Source: a virus
Reading direction: 5' to 3' (one strand)
Virus record (IMG/VR): IMGVR_UViG_3300024999_000048
Coordinates: 32,001 to 96,000 of that record
DNA length: 64,000 nucleotides
Positions 24,921 through 34,389 of the stretch are shown piece after piece. The notes under the pieces are model-generated. The model was given only the letters and a program-made list of their open reading frames with translations, was not told the DNA's origin and ran no database searches. Numbering within the stretch: position 1 is the stretch's first letter; each line of letters begins with the position of its first letter. The position numbers and the translations under genes are program-made.

Positions 24921-25536
24921 ATTAATCAATAATCCTGAAGTATTAAATATCTATCAATATGGCAGTAGGGTATATAGTTGCTTCACAAATGAATCAGATT
25001 ATGATTATGTAATTGTCGTTACGGACGACTATAAAGAATTTGTAGATAATATAGAATTAGGTGACAATCATTTTAATTTTTATAAGCTATCACAATGGAA
25101 AGATATGATTATTAGGAACACAATTGAAACTCTTGAATGTCTATTTGTAGATGAGAAATTTATTATCAAGGAGTCTGTGAAATTTGATATTATAATCAAT
25201 CAAGTTGAGTTAAGAAAATCAATATCTAAAGTATGTTCTAACTCCTATGACAAATGTAGAAAGAAGTTAATAATTGAGAAAGATTTTGCTCCTTATATTG
25301 CTAAGAAAAGTCTTTGGCATTGTATCAGAATATTATTATTTGGCATTCAATGTGCTAAGTATGGAAAGATTGTGGATTATTCTGAAGCAAATAAATATTA
25401 TAATGATATTGTGCTAAATGAAAGCAGTGAATGGGAATATTATAAATCTAATTGGCATGTGTTCTGTAATAATTTGAGAACTGAATTCAGAAAGTATTCA
25501 GAGAAAGAGTGGATCAAGTGGAAAGAAACAAATTAA
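24904..25536 (+). CDS. Pol-beta superfamily nucleotidyltransferase
   Basis: YGSRVY...SDYDYVIV (GS..D.D); GTG start at 24904 after GAGGAGG. Confidence 0.75.
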   Translation: MNTLHELINNPEVLNIYQYGSRVYSCFTNESDYDYVIVVTDDYKEFVDNIELGDNHFNFYKLSQWKDMIIRNTIETLECLFVDEKFIIKESVKFDIIINQVELRKSISKVCSNSYDKCRKKLIIEKDFAPYIAKKSLWHCIRILLFGIQCAKYGKIVDYSEANKYYNDIVLNESSEWEYYKSNWHVFCNNLRTEFRKYSEKEWIKWKETN

Positions 25537-26441
25537 TCATGATGATTGGAATTGTGGCGAGTGGGAAATCATTTTATGCTCAAGAATTAGCACAAAAAGA
25601 AAATGCGGTTATACATTCTTCTGACCAATTAAGAATTGAGTTGTTTGGTGATGTTAATTTTCAGGATAAGAATGGAGAATTATTTGTAGAGTTACACAGA
25701 AGGATTAAAAGTGATTTAAATAAAGGTAAAAATGTACTGTATGACGCTACCAATCTTAATTATAAGAAGCGTAAAGCGTTTCTTGAAGAATTAAAAAAGA
25801 TTGATTGCGTTAAAGAATGTTACTTAGTGGCTACCCCTTATGAGAAATGCTTAGAACAAAACAGACAAAGAGAAAGAAAAGTTCCTGAATTTGTTTTGGA
25901 TAGGATGTATAAGAGTATATTTATACCACAGTTTTATGAAGGGTGGTCGGATATACATATTATATGGAATACAAAGGGCTATAATTTTGATACTAATGAA
26001 TTATTTAATGGTGAAAATGGATTGAATAAAATTGACCAACACAATCCATTTCACACTTTAACTATTGGAAAACATTGTTTAAAATGCTTTCAGATTTGTG
26101 AAGAATTACTTGATGATTTTGAATTAAATATGGCAGCTATGTACCATGACATTGGAAAGAGATATACTAAAGCATTTAAAAACTCTAAGGGTGAAGATAC
26201 TGACACTGCACATTACTATAATCATAATAATGTTTCTGCATATGATAGTCTATTCATTTTTAATAAGCAAGATTTTGATATTGAAACAATTTTACTGATT
26301 ACAAATTACATACAATGGCATATGCAACCTTTCTTCAATAAAGATTCGGAAAAAGCAAAAAATAAGTTTATTAATTTAGTTGGTCAAGAATTTTATGATA
26401 AATTGTTAATTTTGCATGAAGCTGATGTATTGGCAAAATAA
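25509..26441 (+). CDS. polynucleotide kinase (AAA_33 P-loop) fused to HD domain
   Basis: GIVASGKS, SSDQLR, YDATNL, R.RKVP; C-term HTLTIGKH, YHDIGK, HMQP, HEAD. Confidence 0.85.
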   Translation: MDQVERNKLIMMIGIVASGKSFYAQELAQKENAVIHSSDQLRIELFGDVNFQDKNGELFVELHRRIKSDLNKGKNVLYDATNLNYKKRKAFLEELKKIDCVKECYLVATPYEKCLEQNRQRERKVPEFVLDRMYKSIFIPQFYEGWSDIHIIWNTKGYNFDTNELFNGENGLNKIDQHNPFHTLTIGKHCLKCFQICEELLDDFELNMAAMYHDIGKRYTKAFKNSKGEDTDTAHYYNHNNVSAYDSLFIFNKQDFDIETILLITNYIQWHMQPFFNKDSEKAKNKFINLVGQEFYDKLLILHEADVLAK

Positions 26442-26546
26442 TCCAACCTTATAACCCTACTGTAACAAGGGTTTCAAAATCAACGATTCCCATTTTGTCC
26501 CATAAAAATCAAATTTTATGCTTTTTGGAAATTATAAAATAAATAC

Positions 26547-26576
26547 TTGACTTATTATAACTTAATATGATATACT
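26547..26576 (+). promoter_or_regulatory. sigmaA-type promoter with AT-rich UP element
   Basis: TTATAAAATAAATAC-TTGACT-18bp-TATACT. Confidence 0.65.
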
Positions 26577-26608
26577 AAATTGAGAAATAATGTTTAAGGA
26601 GATGTAAA

Positions 26609-27508
26609 ATGGTTAAAAATATTAAATGCTTAGAGAGTTCAGAAGGTAATGTTTGGAAATACATATTTGACTTTGGAGATGCTATTGCCGAGGCCGTACT
26701 TTATCGCTATGGAACATTCGAAGAACGAACTGTAATATGTTGCTCTGTGCAGTCTGGATGCCCTGTAGGATGCCAATTCTGCGGTACTGGTAAGCATTTT
26801 GTTCGTAATCTTACTGTAGATGAGATTGTTGGTCAAATTGAATATATACTTAAGGACAAGAATATAGAATCTATTAATACCACTTGTGAAAAGTTTCAAA
26901 TTATGTTTATGAGTATGGGCGAACCAATGCTTAACTGGTATAATGTGAAATATAGTATTCTCCAAATGTATCATGGTTTAAGATGGGGAAATGCTCAATA
27001 TTTGATTTCTACCATTGGAGTAAATGATGATGAGGTTTTTGGTGGATTAATTGAATTATCTAAAGCTGTTCCAAACGTAGGTCTACAATTCTCTATTCAT
27101 CGTGGTTATGAAACAATGAGAGATATCTTAATTCCATTTAAAAATAAAATGAGTTTGAGAAAATTACGTGATGCTGGTATCATATGGTCTGAAGCTACAG
27201 GTAGAAAGGTATTTCTTAATTATTGTGTAACTGATGAGAATTCTTCATTAGATGAACTTGGAAGATTAAAAGATTTATTTACTTCACATAGATTCAATTT
27301 TACATTTAGCACAGTTTGTACAGCAGATGAAACTATGAAACAAGTTGGAATTAGAGATTTAAGTAAGATAGAAAAGGTGGCAGAATCATTTAGTATTGAT
27401 GGATATAATACAAGAGTATTTAATCCTGCAGGTCAAGATGACATTGGAGGTGGTTGTGGTCAATTGTGGTATGTTCAAGAATGGTTAAGTAAATATGAAA
27501 ATAAATAA
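26609..27508 (+). CDS. RlmN/Cfr-like radical SAM RNA methyltransferase
   Basis: CSVQSGCPVGCQFCGTG (CxxxCxxC), FMSMGEP, GQDDIGGGCGQL. Confidence 0.88.
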   Translation: MVKNIKCLESSEGNVWKYIFDFGDAIAEAVLYRYGTFEERTVICCSVQSGCPVGCQFCGTGKHFVRNLTVDEIVGQIEYILKDKNIESINTTCEKFQIMFMSMGEPMLNWYNVKYSILQMYHGLRWGNAQYLISTIGVNDDEVFGGLIELSKAVPNVGLQFSIHRGYETMRDILIPFKNKMSLRKLRDAGIIWSEATGRKVFLNYCVTDENSSLDELGRLKDLFTSHRFNFTFSTVCTADETMKQVGIRDLSKIEKVAESFSIDGYNTRVFNPAGQDDIGGGCGQLWYVQEWLSKYENK

Positions 27509-27526
27509 ATTATAGAAGGTGATAAA

Positions 27527-28357
27527 TTGATTTGGTTAAACGACACGTTATTAGATTTCACCACATTCCCAAATGGGGAAACAAAAATCAATGAACAACA
27601 AATTAATAAAATTTTAGGAGGTGTTAATAATTCATTAACTACATTTAAATATCAATCAGATGCAGATTTGATTAAGTTATTATTCCTAAAGAAATACCTA
27701 GATCAATTAAAAGTAAAATCTGATCTACATATTATGTACATGCCATATAGTAGAATGGATAGATCGGAAGGAGGTTCAGCATTCACACTAAAATATATTG
27801 CAGAATTTATTAATGGTTTAGGATTTGATTATATTCACGTATTAGAACCACATTCTAATGTAACTCCTGCATTATTAAATAATTGTAAAACTAGATTCTT
27901 GTCTGTTGATATATTTTATGATATTAAAGACAAAATTAATTTCAATAATGATACTGATTATGTGTATTATCCTGATGCCGGAGCAGAGAAACGTTATAGT
28001 AAAATGATTGCTGTTCCTAATCAATTAGTAGGATTTAAACACAGAGATTTTAAAACAGGTAAAATTACTAGTCTTCAAGTTTTTGGAGATGTTAAGAAAA
28101 AAGGATTTAAAGTGGTTATGGTAGATGACTTGAGTAGTTACGGAGGTACATTTATCTTAGGAGCAAAACAACTTAGAGAGCTTGGTGCTTCAGAGATTTA
28201 TCTTGTTGTTGGACATTGTGAAGAATCAATTTATAAAGGTGATATATTTAAGACAGATTTAATTGATAAAGTTTTCACTACTGATACTATTATGAATGAA
28301 TCTTTAAATAATAAAATTGAAGTATATAAAATTATGAATAAGAAAGAGGCAAAATAA
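27527..28357 (+). CDS. ribose-phosphate pyrophosphokinase-like protein (Adps-like ADPR-PP synthetase)
   Basis: FPNGE, YMPYSRMDR, EPHS, YPDAGAEKRY, VDDLSSYGGTF; adjacent to a Nampt-like gene. Confidence 0.85.
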   Translation: MIWLNDTLLDFTTFPNGETKINEQQINKILGGVNNSLTTFKYQSDADLIKLLFLKKYLDQLKVKSDLHIMYMPYSRMDRSEGGSAFTLKYIAEFINGLGFDYIHVLEPHSNVTPALLNNCKTRFLSVDIFYDIKDKINFNNDTDYVYYPDAGAEKRYSKMIAVPNQLVGFKHRDFKTGKITSLQVFGDVKKKGFKVVMVDDLSSYGGTFILGAKQLRELGASEIYLVVGHCEESIYKGDIFKTDLIDKVFTTDTIMNESLNNKIEVYKIMNKKEAK

Positions 28358-28358
28358 T

Positions 28359-30068
28359 ATGAAAACAAATCCATTGTTAATGACAGATGCTTATAAAATT
28401 AGCCACCTCATTATGAGTGAAAAAGGTACAGAGAAAATCTATTCTACATTTACACCAAGACATTCAAGAATTGAAGGAATTAATGAAGTAGTATTCTTTG
28501 GATTACAAGGATTTATCAAGGATTATTTAATTGAAAATTTCAATGAAAATTTCTTCAATATGGATAAAGGAACTGTAATTGCAGATTATAAAAGAATCAT
28601 TAAGAATTCATTAGGAGATAATTGTGCTGATACTTCTCATATCGAAGCATTACATGATCTAGGATATTTACCTATTAAAATTAAAGCGGTAAAAGAAGGT
28701 ACCCTTATTCCAATGAAAGTTCCTGTATTTACAATTGAAAATACTCAAAAAGAATTCTATTGGTTGACAAATTTTTTAGAAACATTGATTTCTGCAAATA
28801 TGTGGAAAGTAATTACTGCTACAACAATTGTAAAGAAATATAGAGATATTTGTGAAAAATGGGCTGAGAAAACATGTGATAGTAAAGATCATATTCAATG
28901 GCAATGTCATAATTTTAGTTATAGAGGAATGAGTGGTCATGAAGATGCAGTTACTACAGGTGCAGGACATTTGCTGTATTTTACTGGAACAGATACTTTG
29001 CCAAGTATTCAGTATTTAGAACAATATTATGGCGCGAATGTAGAGAATGACCTTATTGGTGCAAGCGTTCTCGCCACGGAACATAGTATTCAATGTGGAT
29101 ATCAAGACGATCTGAGATATTTTAAGAGAATGATTACAGAAGTGGCTCCTAGCGGTATTGTTAGTATAGTTAGTGATGGATACGATTATTTCAATGTTCT
29201 TGGTAATATTTTACCTACACTAAAAGATGATATTATGAGTAGAGATGGTAAGACCGTCATTCGTCCTGACAGTGGCTCTCCAGTGAAAATTATTTGTGGG
29301 AATGTGATTGTTGAAGATTTAACCAATGAAGAATATTGTGATAATCTGGAAGATTGCAAGGAAATTATGTTGGAGAGAATGGTTGACGATATAAGAAATT
29401 ATACACCTCATGGAGAACATGGTATTTCTAGGCAAGATGCTATTTTTAAATTTCAAGATAAGCATTATGAAATTGTTATTGAAATTGATTGGAATAGACA
29501 TGACAAACAATATTATTATATTGATGGTGCTAATGTTTACATTTGTAAGGAAGCAGAGTTAACCTTAGAGCAAAAAGGTTCTGTAGAATCTCTGTGGGAT
29601 ACCTTTGGAGGTACTATTAATAGTAAAGGATATAAGGTATTAGATAGTCATATCGGAATTATTTATGGCGATAGCATTAGTCCAGAAATTGCTGAAGAAA
29701 CTTTCAAACAATTAGAAGCAAAAGGATTCTCTTCTGAAAACATCGTATATGGAGTTGGAAGTTATTCTTTGGGTTATCACACCAGAGATACATTTTCGAT
29801 GGCTTTAAAGGCCACTTACACGGTTATTGATGGAAAAGAGAAATTCATCTTTAAAGATCCTAAAACTGATATTGGTGGAATTAAAAAATCTCAAAGAGGT
29901 ATGGTTTCTGTGTTACAAGATCCTGATGATGGAGAAATATTTCTTATAGACAGATTAAATGCAGAGAAAAGAGATAATTATAATGGTCGTGATTTACTTG
30001 AAGATGTATTTATTGATGGGAAATTAGTAAGAGATGAAAGTTTAGCGGAAATTAGAGCAAGAGTTTAA
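28359..30068 (+). CDS. nicotinamide phosphoribosyltransferase-like protein (Namat-like)
   Basis: TDAYKISH, FFGLQ, HNFSYRG, FTGTDT, ATEHS, SIVSDGYD, IRPDSG, IYGDSI, KDPKTD. Confidence 0.9.
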   Translation: MKTNPLLMTDAYKISHLIMSEKGTEKIYSTFTPRHSRIEGINEVVFFGLQGFIKDYLIENFNENFFNMDKGTVIADYKRIIKNSLGDNCADTSHIEALHDLGYLPIKIKAVKEGTLIPMKVPVFTIENTQKEFYWLTNFLETLISANMWKVITATTIVKKYRDICEKWAEKTCDSKDHIQWQCHNFSYRGMSGHEDAVTTGAGHLLYFTGTDTLPSIQYLEQYYGANVENDLIGASVLATEHSIQCGYQDDLRYFKRMITEVAPSGIVSIVSDGYDYFNVLGNILPTLKDDIMSRDGKTVIRPDSGSPVKIICGNVIVEDLTNEEYCDNLEDCKEIMLERMVDDIRNYTPHGEHGISRQDAIFKFQDKHYEIVIEIDWNRHDKQYYYIDGANVYICKEAELTLEQKGSVESLWDTFGGTINSKGYKVLDSHIGIIYGDSISPEIAEETFKQLEAKGFSSENIVYGVGSYSLGYHTRDTFSMALKATYTVIDGKEKFIFKDPKTDIGGIKKSQRGMVSVLQDPDDGEIFLIDRLNAEKRDNYNGRDLLEDVFIDGKLVRDESLAEIRARV

Positions 30069-30083
30069 AATAAGAGGATAAGA

Positions 30084-30126
30084 TTGGATTCTGAAAGTAT
30101 ATTAATATTTTGCTTTCAGAATCTAA
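30084..30126 (+). terminator. long hairpin after the Nampt-like gene
   Basis: TTGGATTCTGAAAGTA...TGCTTTCAGAATCTAA inverted repeat. Confidence 0.55.
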
Positions 30127-31186
30127 AATCCAAATATTAAGGAGGCCAATACCTATGGAAGAACTTGATATCTTTAGTGTTAGCATGAAGAAAATAGAAG
30201 GAACTAAAAATTATTAATCAAGGGGATTTAAATTTTATGAATTGGAATATTAATTTTTGTTCGAAGAAAGAGGATTTTGATTATTGTCAAAATAATTGCA
30301 ATAAAACATGTCCTACTGTATCAAATTTCTGGTATGGGCATATTATAAATCCATTAATTAATTTATGGATGACTATCCAAAACAGATTTACTAAATGTGA
30401 TAAATTACCTACTAAATGTTCGTTTTTGTTTTGTAAAAAGTATTGTTCTTTACATAGGAGATGCAAGTGAAAATACGAAAGAAGGTAAACAATATGTTTT
30501 ACGTCAAAAGCAAGAAACCTGAATCATGTTGTGATGAAGTATCAGGAACTCGTACAAAGAAAATAGTTTATGATATTCAATATAAGCGTGGTTATCCATT
30601 CTTTACTTTTTATGAGAACGGACAATGGATTACTAGAAGTGCAAAATATTATGAACCAGTAATTCAATCATAGAGTTATTTAGAAGGAATTCATAAAGGA
30701 GAATTGATTTCATGAAAGATATTTTTAATTTTGAATTAGATGAAAAGAATAAAAAGCGTTTTTCTCATTGTGATTTTGTATTCAAAGCAGAGAAGGAAAA
30801 TGATGGAAAATATAAAGTTACTTGGATTGAAGATGGAGAATTAGAGCAGTCATCTATAGAAGAAAAGAGAATGAAACATGGATTAGATGAAGGTTATTGG
30901 GTTATAAAACAAGACTAATTAAAAGAAAGGATAATAAATATGAAAGAAATACCAAATTGTAGAATATGTCAATTAAAATGTTGTGGATGCGAAAGTTATG
31001 ACACTTGCTTAATGCGTAAAGGTGAGAATGGTCATAAAATAGAAGATTGCACATTAATGGCTAGTAAATATTATTTGCTTACTGAGTATTTAAGTTATGA
31101 GAAAGGTTTAAATATGAGATTATGTAATTACGATGTGGTGTGTAAAAGTTTAGTGGAAGCATGGAATTAGGAAGGAGAAATGTAAT

Positions 31187-31519
31187 ATGGAAGATGAAAT
31201 AGTGGAGTATTTTATTGTTAATAGTGAATTAAATATGTCTGCTGGTAAGGTGTGCGCTCAAATAGGCCATGTGGCGACGATAATTGCAGTAGATTATTGT
31301 GATCAAGATATCTTTTGGAAGTGGTATCAAAAAGATCAGAAGAAAATAATTTTACGTGGTGAACAAAAGGATTTAGAGAAATTAATTGATGCAGGATTCT
31401 ATTATATTAGAGATAATGGGTGCAATGAAGTAGAAAAAGGGTCATTGACCTGTGTAGGACTTGAACCTATGTTAAAAAGTGAAGCACAGAAATTTGTGAA
31501 GAGATTACAATTGTATTAG
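31187..31519 (+). CDS. peptidyl-tRNA hydrolase, Pth2 type
   Basis: MSAGKVCAQIGH, QKKIIL, IRDNGCNEV, SLTCVGLEP. Confidence 0.85.
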   Translation: MEDEIVEYFIVNSELNMSAGKVCAQIGHVATIIAVDYCDQDIFWKWYQKDQKKIILRGEQKDLEKLIDAGFYYIRDNGCNEVEKGSLTCVGLEPMLKSEAQKFVKRLQLY

Positions 31520-31902
31520 ATTCCCAGAAAAGAATAGTTTTAAAGGCAAGAAAGGACAACAAAAATGTTTAAATTAGAATTGTCAAAAGTTTCAGGGATT
31601 TTAGTTAAGCAATCAAATATATTTGAGTGCGATTTAAAAACTGCTTGGGAAAAGTGGATGCATCCTGCTATTACGGAACAGTTTACATATGAAGAAGTTA
31701 AATTGTTTATAGAGGGGAATAAAAGTAAGTGTAATAAGTATTAATTAATTTTAAAGAGGAGATTATATGCATAAAATAAAAGGATATTGGAGTAAATTTG
31801 TTTTAATTCAAATGATAGCAATAATACTTTTGTCTATAATTGGATTACCTAAAAGTAATTCCAGTATTTATTGGTGGATGGGAGTTACTTTGATTGATAT
31901 GA

Positions 31903-32247
31903 TTGCTACTCATCCTGTATTTTATGAAGAGGAGTAAGATAATAATGGATGATGATATTATTGAATTTGAACCAGAAACTAAAATACCGTTATGGGGAAG
32001 AATTATATCATGGATATTTGGTGGAATTCTTTTAATAATTGCATTATCAATATTAGTGATTGGATCTTGGACTTTAGGATTAAGTATATTAGAAGAAATG
32101 AAAATGTTTGGATTATTAAAGACTTTATTAACTTTAGGTGTAGGATCTTTGTTATTTTTGCTTTCTGCAATAATGATTGTTTTGTTTACTGCTATTGTAA
32201 GGAGAATTATGAAGTGGGAATGGTTGAAGATTCCACCAATGGAGTAG
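31903..32247 (+). CDS. small membrane protein (2-3 TM)
   Basis: two long hydrophobic stretches; likely start at ATG 31945 after GAGGAG. Confidence 0.55.
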   Translation: MLLILYFMKRSKIIMDDDIIEFEPETKIPLWGRIISWIFGGILLIIALSILVIGSWTLGLSILEEMKMFGLLKTLLTLGVGSLLFLLSAIMIVLFTAIVRRIMKWEWLKIPPME

Positions 32248-32380
32248 GGGTTATTTAGTTGTTGAGTGATAGAAGAGAGGATAAAAGGATGTGATTGTAA
32301 TGTAGAAATAAATATATGGTACAATGTATATTGGACAAATAATTGGTCATAATAATTATCACGGAGTTAAATAAAAAGGA

Positions 32381-32797
32381 GTGATAATTATTATGCAAGT
32401 AGTAAATAAAGTTCAACAATCGCAACAGTTGGTTAGAGGTGGGATATACCTAGTTGATCTAGGTGAAGGAAGAGGATCTTTGCAAGGAAAGGTTCGTCCA
32501 TGTGTGTTAATTTCGAACCGAATGGCTAATATCCACAGTTCAGTTTTGCATATATGTCCAGTGAGTTCAATTACTACTAAGTCAAAATTACCGACGCATA
32601 TTGGATTGAGCAAAAATAATTCTGGATTATTAAGGGATAGTATTGTACTCTGCGAACAAACACAACTGGTTACGAAGGATTCAATAGGTCGCATGGTTGG
32701 CCTTTGTTTGGAGGAAGATTTAATGAGAATTAATAGAGGAATTGCTATACAGTTCGGATTATCTGAAGTTAGAAATAATGTTGCTTATGCAAATTAA
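32381..32797 (+). CDS. mazF: PemK/MazF-family endoribonuclease (no adjacent MazE)
   Basis: RGGIYLVDL, GSLQGKVRPCVLISN, KLPTHI, DSIVLCEQ. Confidence 0.9.
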   Translation: MIIIMQVVNKVQQSQQLVRGGIYLVDLGEGRGSLQGKVRPCVLISNRMANIHSSVLHICPVSSITTKSKLPTHIGLSKNNSGLLRDSIVLCEQTQLVTKDSIGRMVGLCLEEDLMRINRGIAIQFGLSEVRNNVAYAN

Positions 32798-32816
32798 GAA
32801 GGAGAGATATAATTAA

Positions 32817-33719
32817 TTGAAAGAGTTTAAAGATTTAATTGGTCAAACGTTTAATAGATGGACTGTAATTGGCATATCTGATAAAACAAATAAACATTAT
32901 GATAGATATTGGTTATGTCAATGCAGTTGTGAAAATAAAACAATAAGAGAAGTTAGTGAACTTAGTTTGATAAAAGAGAGAAGTAAGAGTTGTGGATGTT
33001 ATTCAAGTGAAGTAACGACTAAAATGAATAAAGATAGATCAATCAGAGATAAATATCCACATTACAAAAGAATATATAGTGTTTACGATGGAATGAGAAA
33101 GAGATGCTATAATGAAAACAACGACAATTATAAATACTATGGTGCGAAAGGAGTTATTATATGTAAAGAGTGGTTAAGTGATTTTATGAAGTTTTATCAT
33201 TGGTCAATAGAGAATGGATATAGTCCTGAATTGACTATAGACAGAATAGAAACACACGGTATATATGAACCAGATAATTGCAGATGGGCGACTCAAGAAG
33301 TTCAAGATTATAATAAAAGAAATACAGTATATCTTGAAATTGATGGAGAATCGAAAACTGTATTAGATTGGGAGAAGATATCAGGATTATCTTATTCTGT
33401 TCTTTGGCAAAGATATAAAATATTTGGTTTTAGAACAAAAGAAGAAATGTTTAAACCTGTTAGACAAGTTACTAAGATAATACATAATGGCATAGAAAAA
33501 ACATTAAGACAATTACATGAAGAGACAGGGTTAGGAATAGCTATTTTAGAGTGGAGAAATAAACAAGGATTAAAAGATGATGAATTAATAAAACCAGCAA
33601 ATAGATGGGCAGGACATGTAAAATCTACAGAAAAAAGAATTAGAAAGAAAAAGACAAAAAATGTAATAGATATACAAAACACAATAGATATAAGAGAAGA
33701 GGTGTTAACCATTGGTTGA
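32817..33719 (+). CDS. HNH-type homing endonuclease
   Basis: WLCQCSC...SKSCGC; MRKRCY, YYGAKGVIICKEW, LTIDRI, YEPDNCRWAT. Confidence 0.85.
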   Translation: MKEFKDLIGQTFNRWTVIGISDKTNKHYDRYWLCQCSCENKTIREVSELSLIKERSKSCGCYSSEVTTKMNKDRSIRDKYPHYKRIYSVYDGMRKRCYNENNDNYKYYGAKGVIICKEWLSDFMKFYHWSIENGYSPELTIDRIETHGIYEPDNCRWATQEVQDYNKRNTVYLEIDGESKTVLDWEKISGLSYSVLWQRYKIFGFRTKEEMFKPVRQVTKIIHNGIEKTLRQLHEETGLGIAILEWRNKQGLKDDELIKPANRWAGHVKSTEKRIRKKKTKNVIDIQNTIDIREEVLTIG

Positions 33720-34332
33720 AACCCTCATAGCATCACTGCTATTCTCTAAACTTCATCTTTACATAAAACTAGGCAAACTCCAAATACACAAAGAATCATA
33801 TCTAATAAAACCAATACTAAAACAATGGAGTTTCTATCCAGTAATATTTATGTCGATATTTTATGTCTATCTACAATACACAATAATGAATCAGAATTAC
33901 TATTTTCTTCAATATCAACATATAATAAAAAATGCTATATTAGGATCATATATGGTTCTAGGACTTGATGTTCTATTAAGGTATGAGAAGTATAAAGAGT
34001 ATATTATTGCATGTTGTAGTCTCTTGTGTGGCTTTACATTGAATTATATTGTAATGCATTTTAATCAGGGGAAGATGCCGATTTTTCCCGATATCTCTTA
34101 TTCAACTGGTTACACACAATATAATGTGATTATGAATGCTTCTAAGTTTAGCGATTTTCATGTTTTAGGTGATCACACAACAAGATTGATATTTTTATCA
34201 GATATATTCGATATAGGAGGAAGTATTTGGTCTCCTGGAGATGTGCTTTGTAGATTATTTGCTTTTATAATCGTCTACTTTTCGGTTAAAGAAATTAGCA
34301 AAATACATATGAATAAAATAGAGAATCAATAA
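33712..34332 (+). CDS. DUF5317-family membrane protein
   Basis: GFTLNYIVMHFNQGKMPI and LIFLSDIF...SPGDVL match the family's G..N....NGG.MP / L.D / S.GD motifs. Confidence 0.7.
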   Translation: MVETLIASLLFSKLHLYIKLGKLQIHKESYLIKPILKQWSFYPVIFMSIFYVYLQYTIMNQNYYFLQYQHIIKNAILGSYMVLGLDVLLRYEKYKEYIIACCSLLCGFTLNYIVMHFNQGKMPIFPDISYSTGYTQYNVIMNASKFSDFHVLGDHTTRLIFLSDIFDIGGSIWSPGDVLCRLFAFIIVYFSVKEISKIHMNKIENQ

Positions 34333-34344
34333 ATAAAATAATAC

Positions 34345-34373
34345 TTGCGTTACGCCTTGTCTTATGGTATAGT
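34345..34373 (+). promoter_or_regulatory. sigmaA-type promoter upstream of membrane protein-agrD
   Basis: TTGCGT-17bp-TATAGT with TG extension. Confidence 0.5.
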
Positions 34374-34389
34374 TATTACAGGTTAAGAA

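Noticed and set aside
28359-30068. Intein or intron in the Nampt-like gene (insertion after RPDSG)
   Set aside because: The insertion of about 100 aa has no terminal HN-C/S/T splice motif or LAGLIDADG motif; more likely an ordinary domain insertion
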